A DNA stretch of 29,673 nt, from NCBI GenBank assembly GCA_950097605.1, contig CATNEU010000001.1:1-29673 (forward strand). Reading direction: 5' to 3'. The position numbers were made by a program, and so were the translations under genes. The notes below the pieces were generated by a model. It saw only the letters and a list, made by a program, of their open reading frames with translations. It did no database searches and had not been told where the DNA came from. This document shows positions 1 to 8,383 of the stretch, one piece after another. Positions within the stretch are counted from its first letter, which is position 1. Each line of letters opens with the position of its first letter. This stretch comes from an uncultured Oscillospiraceae bacterium (GTDB lineage Bacteria > Bacillota > Clostridia > Oscillospirales > Ruminococcaceae).

Positions 1-1455
1 CCAAAGGTTATCGCCGATTCTGAAAGAGTCGAAAAAAAGATCAGAAAGCTGCATTACCAGCTCTACTTCCGCACCAAAAAGGCCTTGCGGGAACTCGAAA
101 ACTGCGATCTGAACAATGTGCACTATACCAAGGTATTCGGAGAAGATCGAACCGGCGGGACATTGAAAAATGAAGTAATCAGCAATTTGAGGAAAATAAT
201 TACGAATCTGGAAACCAAAGAATACGAATATAACTGCGGAAACCACAATGAGTGTGCGACGTCCGGATTAGTGGCGTTCGTATACTCTGGCCGCGACACG
301 ATTTATCTTTGTCCCTTATGGATAAACAAGCCAGCTACAGAAAATTACTCTCAAATAGGCGTTCTCTTTCATGAATTTACCCACGCCGTATGCGGTACAA
401 AAGACAAAAAATACGGCCGGGAAGCCTGCATTCAGCTTGCACGCCAGTCTCCCGAAGACGCAATCGTAAATGCCGATAACTACCGTATCTTTTTGGAGTT
501 TCAATTTCTGCATTGGCAGGGCAACCAATCCATTGTCCTGAATCCGGAATCCAACTATGCGCCGGGTATGGTGACATTTCAAGATACAATTTATAGCTTT
601 TATAAGGGCAAAAAATCAAACACCCTCTATTTCATGACCTACAACGGGGCAAGCTGGCGGAAAAATGAAAAAATAGCGGATCAGCCCAACACGTCCATGT
701 CCCCGGGCACAAGCACAACGCCGTCTCCCGTCGTCTACCGGAATTGCATCTACCTGTTCTATAAAGGCGGCAGCAACAACAACCTCTATTATCTGTGGTT
801 CGACGGCACAAATTGGAAGGGCAATACCAAAATCAGCGACTCCGATCCCAAGACAGACGCAGCTCCATCCGCCGTCTTTTTTAACAACCGCATCTATGTG
901 TTTTTCAAAGGGTCTGGAAACAACAATTTATACTACCTCACCTGCGAATACAACCGCGATTGGGTCGTGCAGCACAGCTTTTATTCGCAGAAGATTGCCG
1001 ACGCACCCAATTCCAACATTTCTCCAAGGTCCGATTGTGCGCCGTCCGCCGCCGTGCTGGGCGACAAAATCTATGTCGTATACAAAAGCGACAGCGGCAA
1101 CGATTTGTTTTACCTCACGTTTGACGGGACCAATTGGGAAGGTGACAAGCGGATCTCCCAATTTAGCGATTTTGCGCCCAAAACAGACAAAGCGCCCACG
1201 GTAAGCGCTGTCGATGATATGCTGTATATCACCTATAAGGGGGAGAGCAGCAACAGTATGTATCAGATGTATTACAACCGCGGAACCGGTTTAGAAGACG
1301 GCATCTGGTACGGAAATCAGACGGTGGCGTCCGTATCCACCATAGAACCGCTCACAAATCAGCCCTATGGCGTCGTTTCCCTTGGAAACTACAACTACAG
1401 CATTTACAAAGGACAGAAGTCGGATCAGCTATACTTTATGTACCAATCAAAGTAG
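1..1455 (+). CDS. M35 (lysine-specific/aspzincin-type) zinc metalloendopeptidase fused to a C-terminal six-repeat beta-propeller; 5' end lies outside the window
   Basis: Frame 1 is open from base 1 (PKVIADSERVEKK...). Motifs IYLCPLW, HEFTH..GTKD..YG and A.VNADNY match the M35 HExxH+D pattern. They are followed by six repeats of P..V...IY.FYKG..NN.LYY..FDG..W. Confidence 0.8.
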   Translation, partial: PKVIADSERVEKKIRKLHYQLYFRTKKALRELENCDLNNVHYTKVFGEDRTGGTLKNEVISNLRKIITNLETKEYEYNCGNHNECATSGLVAFVYSGRDTIYLCPLWINKPATENYSQIGVLFHEFTHAVCGTKDKKYGREACIQLARQSPEDAIVNADNYRIFLEFQFLHWQGNQSIVLNPESNYAPGMVTFQDTIYSFYKGKKSNTLYFMTYNGASWRKNEKIADQPNTSMSPGTSTTPSPVVYRNCIYLFYKGGSNNNLYYLWFDGTNWKGNTKISDSDPKTDAAPSAVFFNNRIYVFFKGSGNNNLYYLTCEYNRDWVVQHSFYSQKIADAPNSNISPRSDCAPSAAVLGDKIYVVYKSDSGNDLFYLTFDGTNWEGDKRISQFSDFAPKTDKAPTVSAVDDMLYITYKGESSNSMYQMYYNRGTGLEDGIWYGNQTVASVSTIEPLTNQPYGVVSLGNYNYSIYKGQKSDQLYFMYQSK

Positions 1456-1500
1456 ACACCGCAAACGATAAAAAACGGACTTGCCGCGTTTTTTCACTAT

Positions 1501-1535
1501 GATAAAGGGCAGCGCCCAAGGCGCTGCCCTTTATC
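1501..1535. terminator. Bidirectional intrinsic terminator
   Basis: Perfect 16-bp inverted repeat gataaagggcagcgcc-caa-ggcgctgccctttatc between convergent genes. Confidence 0.8.
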
Positions 1536-1588
1536 AATTATCCATTTTCTATTGAAAACCGCGCCCTTTGTGATTTACGGCGGACCTT

Positions 1589-2854
1589 CTACCACCCAAA
1601 CAAGCTGGCCGCCTTGCGCACCACTTCCGACAGGGCGTTCGTACTGGTAAGCACTGTCACCGCGACTACGGCAAAGGCCAGCAGATTGCCCAGCAGCCTG
1701 TTTTTGTGCGCGCCCATTCTTTCGCGGCTATTCAGTGTAACCGTTAAAAAAAACGCGATGACCGGCAGCACCAGCGCGTTGGCCGCCTGGGAAAGCAGGA
1801 TGACCTCCACCGGGCTGGATTGCCCCAGCGCGGCAAGCGTTACGCCAATGGCCAGCACAAAGCACCAGACCCCGCGAAAGCGTTTTCCACGCAGGTTTCC
1901 AGGCCAGCCCAGCATGCCGCGCACGGCAAAGGCCGCCGCAAGCGGCGCGGTCACTGTGGAGGAAAAGCCCGCCGCGAAAAGGCCGGCTGCAAACACATAT
2001 TTTGCCCAGCTTCCCAAAAGCGGCTCGAGCTGGTGCGCCATGTCGCCCGCGCCGTTTACAGGCGCGCCCGTTCCATAGAACGCCGCGGCGGCGCCGATGA
2101 TCACGGCGGCTGAAATCAGTCCGCCGAGCCCAACGGAGAGAATGGTGTCGAACCGCGCGGCTGGAAGGTCCTCTTTGCTTTGAAACCGTTCCCCCACCGC
2201 CGAAGCGTGTAAAAACAGGTTATACGGCACAGCGGTGGTGCCGATCAATCCAACAACGGTGAACCAGGCGTTGCCGCTTTCCGGCATGCGGGGCACAAAC
2301 AGGCCGTGCAGCACCGCGCCCCAATCGGGCCTGGAGACGATGGCAGTCGCCAGAAACGTGACGCTCATGAGCAGGACCAGGACCACCAAAAACTTTTCGA
2401 TGCGCCGGTAGCTTCCCGACCAGAGCAGCGCGAACGATACAAAACCGAGCAAGATCGCCAGGGCCGCTCCCCAGCCCCGTCCGGAAAGCGCCGGAAACGC
2501 GCTCCCAATCCCCATCAACCCGCCCGCGATGTTGCCGGTTTCATACGCGGTGTTGCCGATAAAAATGGCCGCGATCACCAGAACGGCCGCAGCGCCGCGC
2601 AGCACTGGGTTCCGGATCGCGCCACGCAGGTTTTCGCCCAGCCCCTTTCCCGTCACAACCCCGAGGCGGGCGGACATCTCCTGCAGCACCATTGTCGCAA
2701 GCACCGAAAACAGCATGGCCCATAGCAGCGAATAGCCAAAGCTGGCGCCGGTCACGGTGCAGGTTGTGATGGTGCCGGGCCCGATAAACGCGGCGGCGAC
2801 CAGCGCGCCCGGCCCAATATGCCGAAATCTTTCCGTCAATCTGCTCATATGCAT
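1589..2854 (-). CDS. Nramp-superfamily (YcsG-like) membrane transporter
   Basis: About 11 hydrophobic helices, with AFIGPGTITT, QEMSARLG and YNLFLH motifs. Start placed at ATG 2854 after GAGGT; 2848 and 2860 are alternatives. Confidence 0.8.
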   Translation of the reverse strand: MHMSRLTERFRHIGPGALVAAAFIGPGTITTCTVTGASFGYSLLWAMLFSVLATMVLQEMSARLGVVTGKGLGENLRGAIRNPVLRGAAAVLVIAAIFIGNTAYETGNIAGGLMGIGSAFPALSGRGWGAALAILLGFVSFALLWSGSYRRIEKFLVVLVLLMSVTFLATAIVSRPDWGAVLHGLFVPRMPESGNAWFTVVGLIGTTAVPYNLFLHASAVGERFQSKEDLPAARFDTILSVGLGGLISAAVIIGAAAAFYGTGAPVNGAGDMAHQLEPLLGSWAKYVFAAGLFAAGFSSTVTAPLAAAFAVRGMLGWPGNLRGKRFRGVWCFVLAIGVTLAALGQSSPVEVILLSQAANALVLPVIAFFLTVTLNSRERMGAHKNRLLGNLLAFAVVAVTVLTSTNALSEVVRKAASLFGW

Positions 2855-2991
2855 CCCCATACCTCTATCCAAAAAGTCAGGCGCTGCGGCGCACGTCCGC
2901 GGCTGCTGTTAGTATCCTGCACAAAATCCTGCAAAATAAACCTGCCAAGCGGACGTTAGATCCTCCAGAACCGGCCCAGACTTTACATAGA

Positions 2992-3008
2992 TTTTACACA
3001 CAGCGCCG
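2992..3008 (+). promoter_or_regulatory. Possible Pho-box-like direct repeat
   Basis: TTTACA-N5-TTTACA (11-bp period) upstream of a phosphate transporter. It resembles the Firmicute PhoP TT(A/T/C)ACA repeat, but only two units are present. Confidence 0.3.
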
Positions 3009-3113
3009 GTTTCCCTCTTGACATCCGCCGGTTGTAAGCATTTTTGTGTAAAAAAACCGTATATTCGCCGTAATATTTTCTGAAATAGTGTGTATACACG
3101 CCGATTCACAAAA

Positions 3114-3122
3114 TGGTATAAT
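3114..3122 (+). promoter_or_regulatory. Extended -10 promoter for the Na/Pi cotransporter
   Basis: TGgTATAAT in an AT-rich context about 140 nt before the ATG. Confidence 0.55.
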
Positions 3123-3259
3123 AATTAAAATGGCATAAGTCGGGTCCTTGCGCGGAAGACACGCCTGCGCGGCCTGTTTCGAGCGGAAGAACCCGGACAC
3201 ACGCCTGTTATGCAACCCGGCGATACAAAAATACATGCGAATGTAGGTGGAGGTTACAA

Positions 3260-5035
3260 ATGGAGTTTGATATTTTCAATGTCATAACCCTGTTGGGAGG
3301 GCTTGCGTTCTTCCTCTATGGTATGTCCACAATGGGCGCGGGGCTGGAACGGCTTTCGGGTTCTAAAATGGAGAAAATCCTGCAAAAACTCACGAACAAC
3401 ATCTTTCTGAGCATCCTGTTCGGCGCGGCCATCACCGCAGCGGTCCAGAGTTCCTCGGCAACCACCGTCATCGTCGTGGGCCTTGTCAATGCCGGTATCC
3501 TCAAGCTGCGGCAGGCGGTCGGCGTGATCATGGGCGCCAACATCGGCACCACGATCACCTCCCAAATCATCCGTCTGGGCGATTTGCAGGATACCAATAT
3601 CCTAATGCGGCTGCTCAAGCCCACCTCGCTTGCCCCCATCGCCGCCGTGATCGGCATCGCGCTGTTTATGTTTGCGGCCTCCAAAAAGACCAAAAATGTC
3701 GGCAGCATTCTGCTGGGCTTCGGCGTATTGTTCTCGGGCATGAACATCATGACCGAAACGCTCAAGCCGCTCGGCGAGCTGCCGCAGTTTGCGGAGATGT
3801 TTGCAACCCTGTCCAACCCGGTGCTCGGCGTGCTGGTGGGTGCGGTCGTCACGGCACTGATCCAGAGTTCCTCTGCGTCAATCGGCATCCTGCAGGCACT
3901 CAGCGCAACGGGCGCCATCACCTATTCCTCCGCCATCCCGATCCTGCTGGGCCAGAACATCGGCACCTGTATCACGCCGCTGCTCTCGAGCATCGGCGCC
4001 AATAAAAACGCCAAGCGCGCCGCCATGGTGCACCTGTATTTCAACATCATCGGCACCGCGGTGTTCCTCGGCGGCATTTATCTGATTCAGTACACCATCG
4101 GCTTCCCGTTCTGGGACGACGTGGTGGGCATGGGCGGCATCGCCAACTTCCACACGATTTTCAACGTAATCACCACCGTGCTGTTTATCCCATTTGTCGG
4201 GGCGCTGCAAAAGCTTGCGGAGCTCACCATTCGCAAACAAAAGGACGGGGAGGCCACACCCGAGGTTGCGGTGCTCGACGAGCGTTTTCTGGTTTCCCCG
4301 GCGCTCGCGCTGCAGCAGTGCCAGAGCACGGTTGAGGTCATGGCGCAATATGCGTTCCAGAACTTCCACGCGGCGCACAAGCTGTTTAAAAAATTCGACG
4401 CCAAAGCGGTGGTCCGCATACGAGAGCTGGAAAACTCGATCGACATGATGGAGGACAAGCTCAACAGCTACCTGCTGATGCTGGCCGACCGCGAACTGAC
4501 CGAAGTGGAAAGCCACGGCGTGACCACCATGCTACACATCGTCAGCGAATTCGAGCGCATCGGCGACTACACCATCAACCTCGTGGAGGCTGCCGAATCC
4601 CTGCACGAAAAGCAGGTTTCGTTCTCCGACTCTGCAATTGGGGAGCTCAACGCGATTGCGGACGCGGTATATGAGATCATCGGCTATGCGCAGGAGTGCT
4701 TTAAGCAGCACGACATTGAAATCGCCTACAAGATCGAGCCGCTGGAGGAGACCGTGGACGACATGGAGGACTATCTCAAGCTCAAGCACATTGACCGCTT
4801 GAAGGACGGCAAATGCACGATCGACGCAGGCGTGATCTTCCTCGAGGTGCTCAACAACCTCGAGCGCATCTCGGACCACTGCTCCAACGTTGCGGTCTAC
4901 ATCATCGGCAACGACCGCGAGGACGGCCCGATGGAGCGCCACAACTACCTCAAGGAGATCCACGAGGGCCAGTACGGCGAGTACGCGCAGCTCTACGAAG
5001 CGTATAAGGCCAAGTATATGAGCCGCATCATATAA
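3260..5035 (+). CDS. Na+/phosphate cotransporter family protein with C-terminal PhoU domains
   Basis: Repeated QSSS motifs (VQSSSATT, IQSSSAS), GANIGTT/GQNIGTC, and PhoU-like EFERIGD and NLERISDH. RBS GGAGGT. Confidence 0.92.
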   Translation: MEFDIFNVITLLGGLAFFLYGMSTMGAGLERLSGSKMEKILQKLTNNIFLSILFGAAITAAVQSSSATTVIVVGLVNAGILKLRQAVGVIMGANIGTTITSQIIRLGDLQDTNILMRLLKPTSLAPIAAVIGIALFMFAASKKTKNVGSILLGFGVLFSGMNIMTETLKPLGELPQFAEMFATLSNPVLGVLVGAVVTALIQSSSASIGILQALSATGAITYSSAIPILLGQNIGTCITPLLSSIGANKNAKRAAMVHLYFNIIGTAVFLGGIYLIQYTIGFPFWDDVVGMGGIANFHTIFNVITTVLFIPFVGALQKLAELTIRKQKDGEATPEVAVLDERFLVSPALALQQCQSTVEVMAQYAFQNFHAAHKLFKKFDAKAVVRIRELENSIDMMEDKLNSYLLMLADRELTEVESHGVTTMLHIVSEFERIGDYTINLVEAAESLHEKQVSFSDSAIGELNAIADAVYEIIGYAQECFKQHDIEIAYKIEPLEETVDDMEDYLKLKHIDRLKDGKCTIDAGVIFLEVLNNLERISDHCSNVAVYIIGNDREDGPMERHNYLKEIHEGQYGEYAQLYEAYKAKYMSRII

Positions 5036-5048
5036 CCATTTGTATAGC

Positions 5049-5080
5049 AAAGGGCCGTCCCTGCCGGGACGGCCCTTTTT
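5049..5080. terminator. Intrinsic terminator (probably bidirectional)
   Basis: aaagggccgtccc-tgcc-gggacggccctttt(t). Confidence 0.85.
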
Positions 5081-5098
5081 GTTATGCGTTTTATCGTT

Positions 5099-5782
5099 TT
5101 AAGACGCCACTTTTTTGACATGGTCCTGCTTGATGAGCTTGTCCGCGATTTTTTGCAGATACTCGTCCCAGCCTTCCCAGGCCTCATTGTCCGCGGGCTG
5201 TAGACCTTTTTCCTCTGCATAGGCTTCGCGTATTGGTTCGGTATAGCGCGAGATGATCAGTTCTTTTTTAAACAGGCCGTGCTGTGCCTGCCAGTACGCC
5301 TCGTCGGTCAGTTCAGCTTCTTCCAAAAATGCCTGGAACTCATCATAATTTGTAGACATTTTTCCGGTTTCCAGTTCACTATCCACAATCTCCTGTGCTT
5401 CCTCGTCCGTCGCGGAATACCCCTGCCGGAGCGCCTCGTGATACAGCGCCTCGCGTTTGAGCAGATATTGGGCGGCGCGCTCCTCAGCGTCCTTGTAACC
5501 GGAGACGGCCCAGCGGCCTGCAATCAGGTCCACTTCGCTTTTATAGATCACAATGTTGTCTCCCCGCATATAGACATCGTTTCCGGAACGCAGGCTCTGT
5601 TGCTGCCTGAATTGCTTTTCAAGCTTTCCATTTTCACGAAGCTCCGCCTTAATTGCCTCCGGAGAACGCGGGACCGGATGGCCCTGTCCTTTGGAACATG
5701 GCGCGGACACGGTCAGCAGACAGGACATACAGACGAGTATGGCCACACACATAACCCCGCATCTTTCCACCATACGGTTCAT
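5099..5782 (-). CDS. Exported/membrane-anchored protein with a SurA/PrsA N-terminal-like helical domain
   Basis: N-terminal hydrophobic segment, then LLKREALYHEALRQGYSATDEEAQEIV...FLEEAELTDEAYW resembling SurA_N. No PPIase motif seen. RBS GGGAAGG before ATG 5782. Confidence 0.55.
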   Translation of the reverse strand: MNRMVERCGVMCVAILVCMSCLLTVSAPCSKGQGHPVPRSPEAIKAELRENGKLEKQFRQQQSLRSGNDVYMRGDNIVIYKSEVDLIAGRWAVSGYKDAEERAAQYLLKREALYHEALRQGYSATDEEAQEIVDSELETGKMSTNYDEFQAFLEEAELTDEAYWQAQHGLFKKELIISRYTEPIREAYAEEKGLQPADNEAWEGWDEYLQKIADKLIKQDHVKKVAS

Positions 5783-5949
5783 CAACATCCCTTCCCACAA
5801 GCATGCAGAACAAACCATCTTCTTCCGCCTCTATCCTACCACAAATCGACAAACGATGCAATCCGTTCCGTAATATATGGTGAGGCTCGATGTATAAAAC
5901 CGCAATGCGACCGCATTTTTGCGTAACATCACAAAACAACGCGGCAGCT

Positions 5950-7689
5950 TTATAGCTCCACCCTGCAAACCCCCGCGCGTCCCAGAATGTCCCGGTCTCT
6001 GTAATGAAACAGCACGCAGGTTTCGCACGGCGTCCCATAGTCTCCGGACAGGACGTCGAATGGGAATACCTCAATGTGCGCGAGCTTGCTCACGCGCTTG
6101 GGGTCCTCCGCTGCGTACGCCGGCAGATATTTCTCGATGTTGCCGGGTTTTTCATAAAAGGCAAAGATGCGCGCGCGGTTTTCGCGCGTGCGGTCGGCTG
6201 TCAGCCAGTCCGGCAGCTTTTTGGCGTTCTCGTGGTGGTAGAGGTCAAATTTGAGCAGCCAGGCCAGCGTGTCCGCCCGCGCGCCGTCCATCCTTTCGGC
6301 ATAAAACCTCCAAAGAAACGTGTAGGCGTCGAGCTTGGCGTGCGGTGCTGCGTATAGCCCGCTTTCGCGGTACCAGCCGCCGAGCGCCTCGAAAAAGTCA
6401 AACGGCGTTGCAAACTGTCCCGCCAGCCACCGCACCGACCGGTCGAACCGCGCGCTGTTGTAATACTGCTCGACCATCTCCTCCACATCCTTGAGCCGGT
6501 CCAGCGCGTCATAGGGCAGCGCGTGGGTGCAAAGCACCTCATAGGGCGCTTTTTCGCGGTACCGAATGCCGTATTTCCCACTGTCCCGCCGCAGGCCGGA
6601 GCCTTTCAGCAGCTTTAAAAACCCGAGCTGCAATTGGTCCGGCGCAAGCGCATACACGTCGTTAAACGACTGCCGGAACGACGCATAATCCTCGCCGGGC
6701 AGCCCGGCGATCAAGTCCAGGTGCTGGTGGATGTTTCCGCCCTGTTGCAGCGCGCGGGAAACCTCCGCAATGCGGGAAAAGCGCATGCCGCGCCGGATGA
6801 TCCCGGTTGTTTCGGGATTGGTGGTCTGCACGCCGATTTCAAACTGGAACTGTCCGGGGCGCACCTGCCGCAGAAAGTCCAGCGTTTCACCGTCGAGCAG
6901 GTCGGCCGAGATCTCGAAGTGAAAATTCGTCGCACCGTTGTCGTGCGCGTGCAGATAGCGCCAGATTTCGAGCGCAAACGCCTTGTTGCAGTTAAACGTG
7001 CGGTCCACAAATTTAACCTGCCGGACGCCTGCGTCCAAAAAGCGCTGCAGCTCCCGCTTCACGAGCGGCAGCGGTTTGAACCGCACGCCTTGCTCCACCG
7101 AGGACAGGCAATATTGGCACTGGTAGGGACAGCCGCGCGACGCCTCGTAATACAAAATCCGGTCGGCCAGCGCCGCAAAGTCCTCGTACACAAACGGAAG
7201 CGCCGCGAGGTCCAGCGGCGGCTGTGGCGGGTTTTCCACAATCCGGCCGTTTCTGCGCGCCGCTATTCCACAAACGCCGGTGTAATCGGTGGAATCCGCA
7301 AGCCTGCAAACCAGCTCTGCAAACGCGGCCTCCCCCTCGCCGCAAATCACACAATCCACCGCAGGGTTTTCCAGCAGCACCCACTCCGCATCATAGGACA
7401 CCTCCGGCCCGCCCAATACAATTTTCATCTCCGGGCGCACCTGCTTCAAGTCGGCGAGCAGCCCTTTCACCAGCTCGATGTTCCAGATATAACAGGAAAA
7501 CGCCAGCACGTCGGCTTGCAGCGCGCACAGCTCCCTGAACAAAAAGTCCGGCCGCTGGTTGATCGTGTACTCCGCGATGGAAAGCCGCACGGAAGCGGGA
7601 ATTCTTCCCCGCGCATAGCCCGCCAAAGAGCGTACCGCCAAATTCACATGGATATACTTCGCATTTACGGCGCACAAGACAACCTTCAT
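5950..7689 (-). CDS. B12-binding radical SAM protein with a DUF4080-like C-terminus
   Basis: N-terminal cobalamin-binding fold (FSCYIWN, IVLGGPEV, GEGE), CxxxCxxC motif GCPYQCQYC, and HLDLIAGLP. Start at ATG 7689 or TTG 7698. Confidence 0.88.
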   Translation of the reverse strand: MKVVLCAVNAKYIHVNLAVRSLAGYARGRIPASVRLSIAEYTINQRPDFLFRELCALQADVLAFSCYIWNIELVKGLLADLKQVRPEMKIVLGGPEVSYDAEWVLLENPAVDCVICGEGEAAFAELVCRLADSTDYTGVCGIAARRNGRIVENPPQPPLDLAALPFVYEDFAALADRILYYEASRGCPYQCQYCLSSVEQGVRFKPLPLVKRELQRFLDAGVRQVKFVDRTFNCNKAFALEIWRYLHAHDNGATNFHFEISADLLDGETLDFLRQVRPGQFQFEIGVQTTNPETTGIIRRGMRFSRIAEVSRALQQGGNIHQHLDLIAGLPGEDYASFRQSFNDVYALAPDQLQLGFLKLLKGSGLRRDSGKYGIRYREKAPYEVLCTHALPYDALDRLKDVEEMVEQYYNSARFDRSVRWLAGQFATPFDFFEALGGWYRESGLYAAPHAKLDAYTFLWRFYAERMDGARADTLAWLLKFDLYHHENAKKLPDWLTADRTRENRARIFAFYEKPGNIEKYLPAYAAEDPKRVSKLAHIEVFPFDVLSGDYGTPCETCVLFHYRDRDILGRAGVCRVEL

Positions 7690-7710
7690 ATTTATCAAAT
7701 TCCCTTCCTG

Positions 7711-7719
7711 TGGTACAAT
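7711..7719 (+). promoter_or_regulatory. Extended -10 promoter toward the smr gene
   Basis: TGgTACAAT. Confidence 0.4.
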
Positions 7720-7812
7720 ATAGAGTACAGCTTACGATTCCGTCGCTCGAAACGACGGAACAAACTGGAGACGCGGTTCAAAACGCTCTATAAAAGCCGT
7801 TGCAACGCATCC

Positions 7813-7841
7813 ATTATCCCGCACGGCCGGGGAAATGTCAA
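7813..7841 (-). promoter_or_regulatory. Sigma-A promoter toward the radical SAM gene
   Basis: TTGACA-17 bp-GATAAT on the minus strand. Confidence 0.5.
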
Positions 7842-7862
7842 TGACAGAGGAGGTGGCAAGGC

Positions 7863-8207
7863 ATGCCCTATACAACCGTGAACCTGGAGGCGGGGCTTCC
7901 AACGGTGGACGCGGCAATGCGTCTGCTCCAACAGGCGGTCGTCACCTGCAAAAGCAGGCGTACCCGGGTGCTGAAAATCATACATGGCTACGGCTCGTCC
8001 GGCACGGGCGGCAGGATCAAAACCGCCGTAGCGCAAAACCTGCGTGCCAGACAGGCCAAAGGAGAGATCCGCGCCTTTGCGCGCGGCGAGGAGTTCGACC
8101 CGTTTTGCGACGCCGCCAGGCAGATCGTCAGCGCCTGTCCGGCGCTTGCGAAGGACCGGGATTATGGAAGGTGTAACCACGGCGTGACATTTGTGCTGCT
8201 GTTTTAG
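7863..8207 (+). CDS. Stand-alone Smr (small MutS-related) domain protein
   Basis: VLKIIHGYGSSGTGG motif, NHGVTFVLL C-terminus, 114 aa, RBS GAGGAGG. Confidence 0.85.
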   Translation: MPYTTVNLEAGLPTVDAAMRLLQQAVVTCKSRRTRVLKIIHGYGSSGTGGRIKTAVAQNLRARQAKGEIRAFARGEEFDPFCDAARQIVSACPALAKDRDYGRCNHGVTFVLLF

Positions 8208-8234
8208 GCAGATTCCCAAAATTTCCGGTTGGGT

Positions 8235-8263
8235 TTGATAACGGCGCCGGGCTGGGGTATAAT
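8235..8263 (+). promoter_or_regulatory. Sigma-A promoter of coaX-panT
   Basis: TTGATA-17 bp-TATAAT. Confidence 0.7.
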
Positions 8264-8383
8264 AGCATACGGGCACTACTCCTTTTGTTCTTCTCTTGAT
8301 GCTGTCTGCGCATACATACTCTCCCTGCCGGTTCACTGCCGCCGGGAGCCCGGCGCAACCAAAAACGAACGGGGGTTATCAAG

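Noticed and set aside
7760-7800. preQ1-like appearance (GGTTC...CTCTATAAAA)
   Set aside because: P1 pairing and the A-rich 3' tail do not fit, and there are no queuosine genes downstream.
6634-7881. 415-aa plus-strand ORF
   Set aside because: Antisense to the well-supported radical SAM gene.
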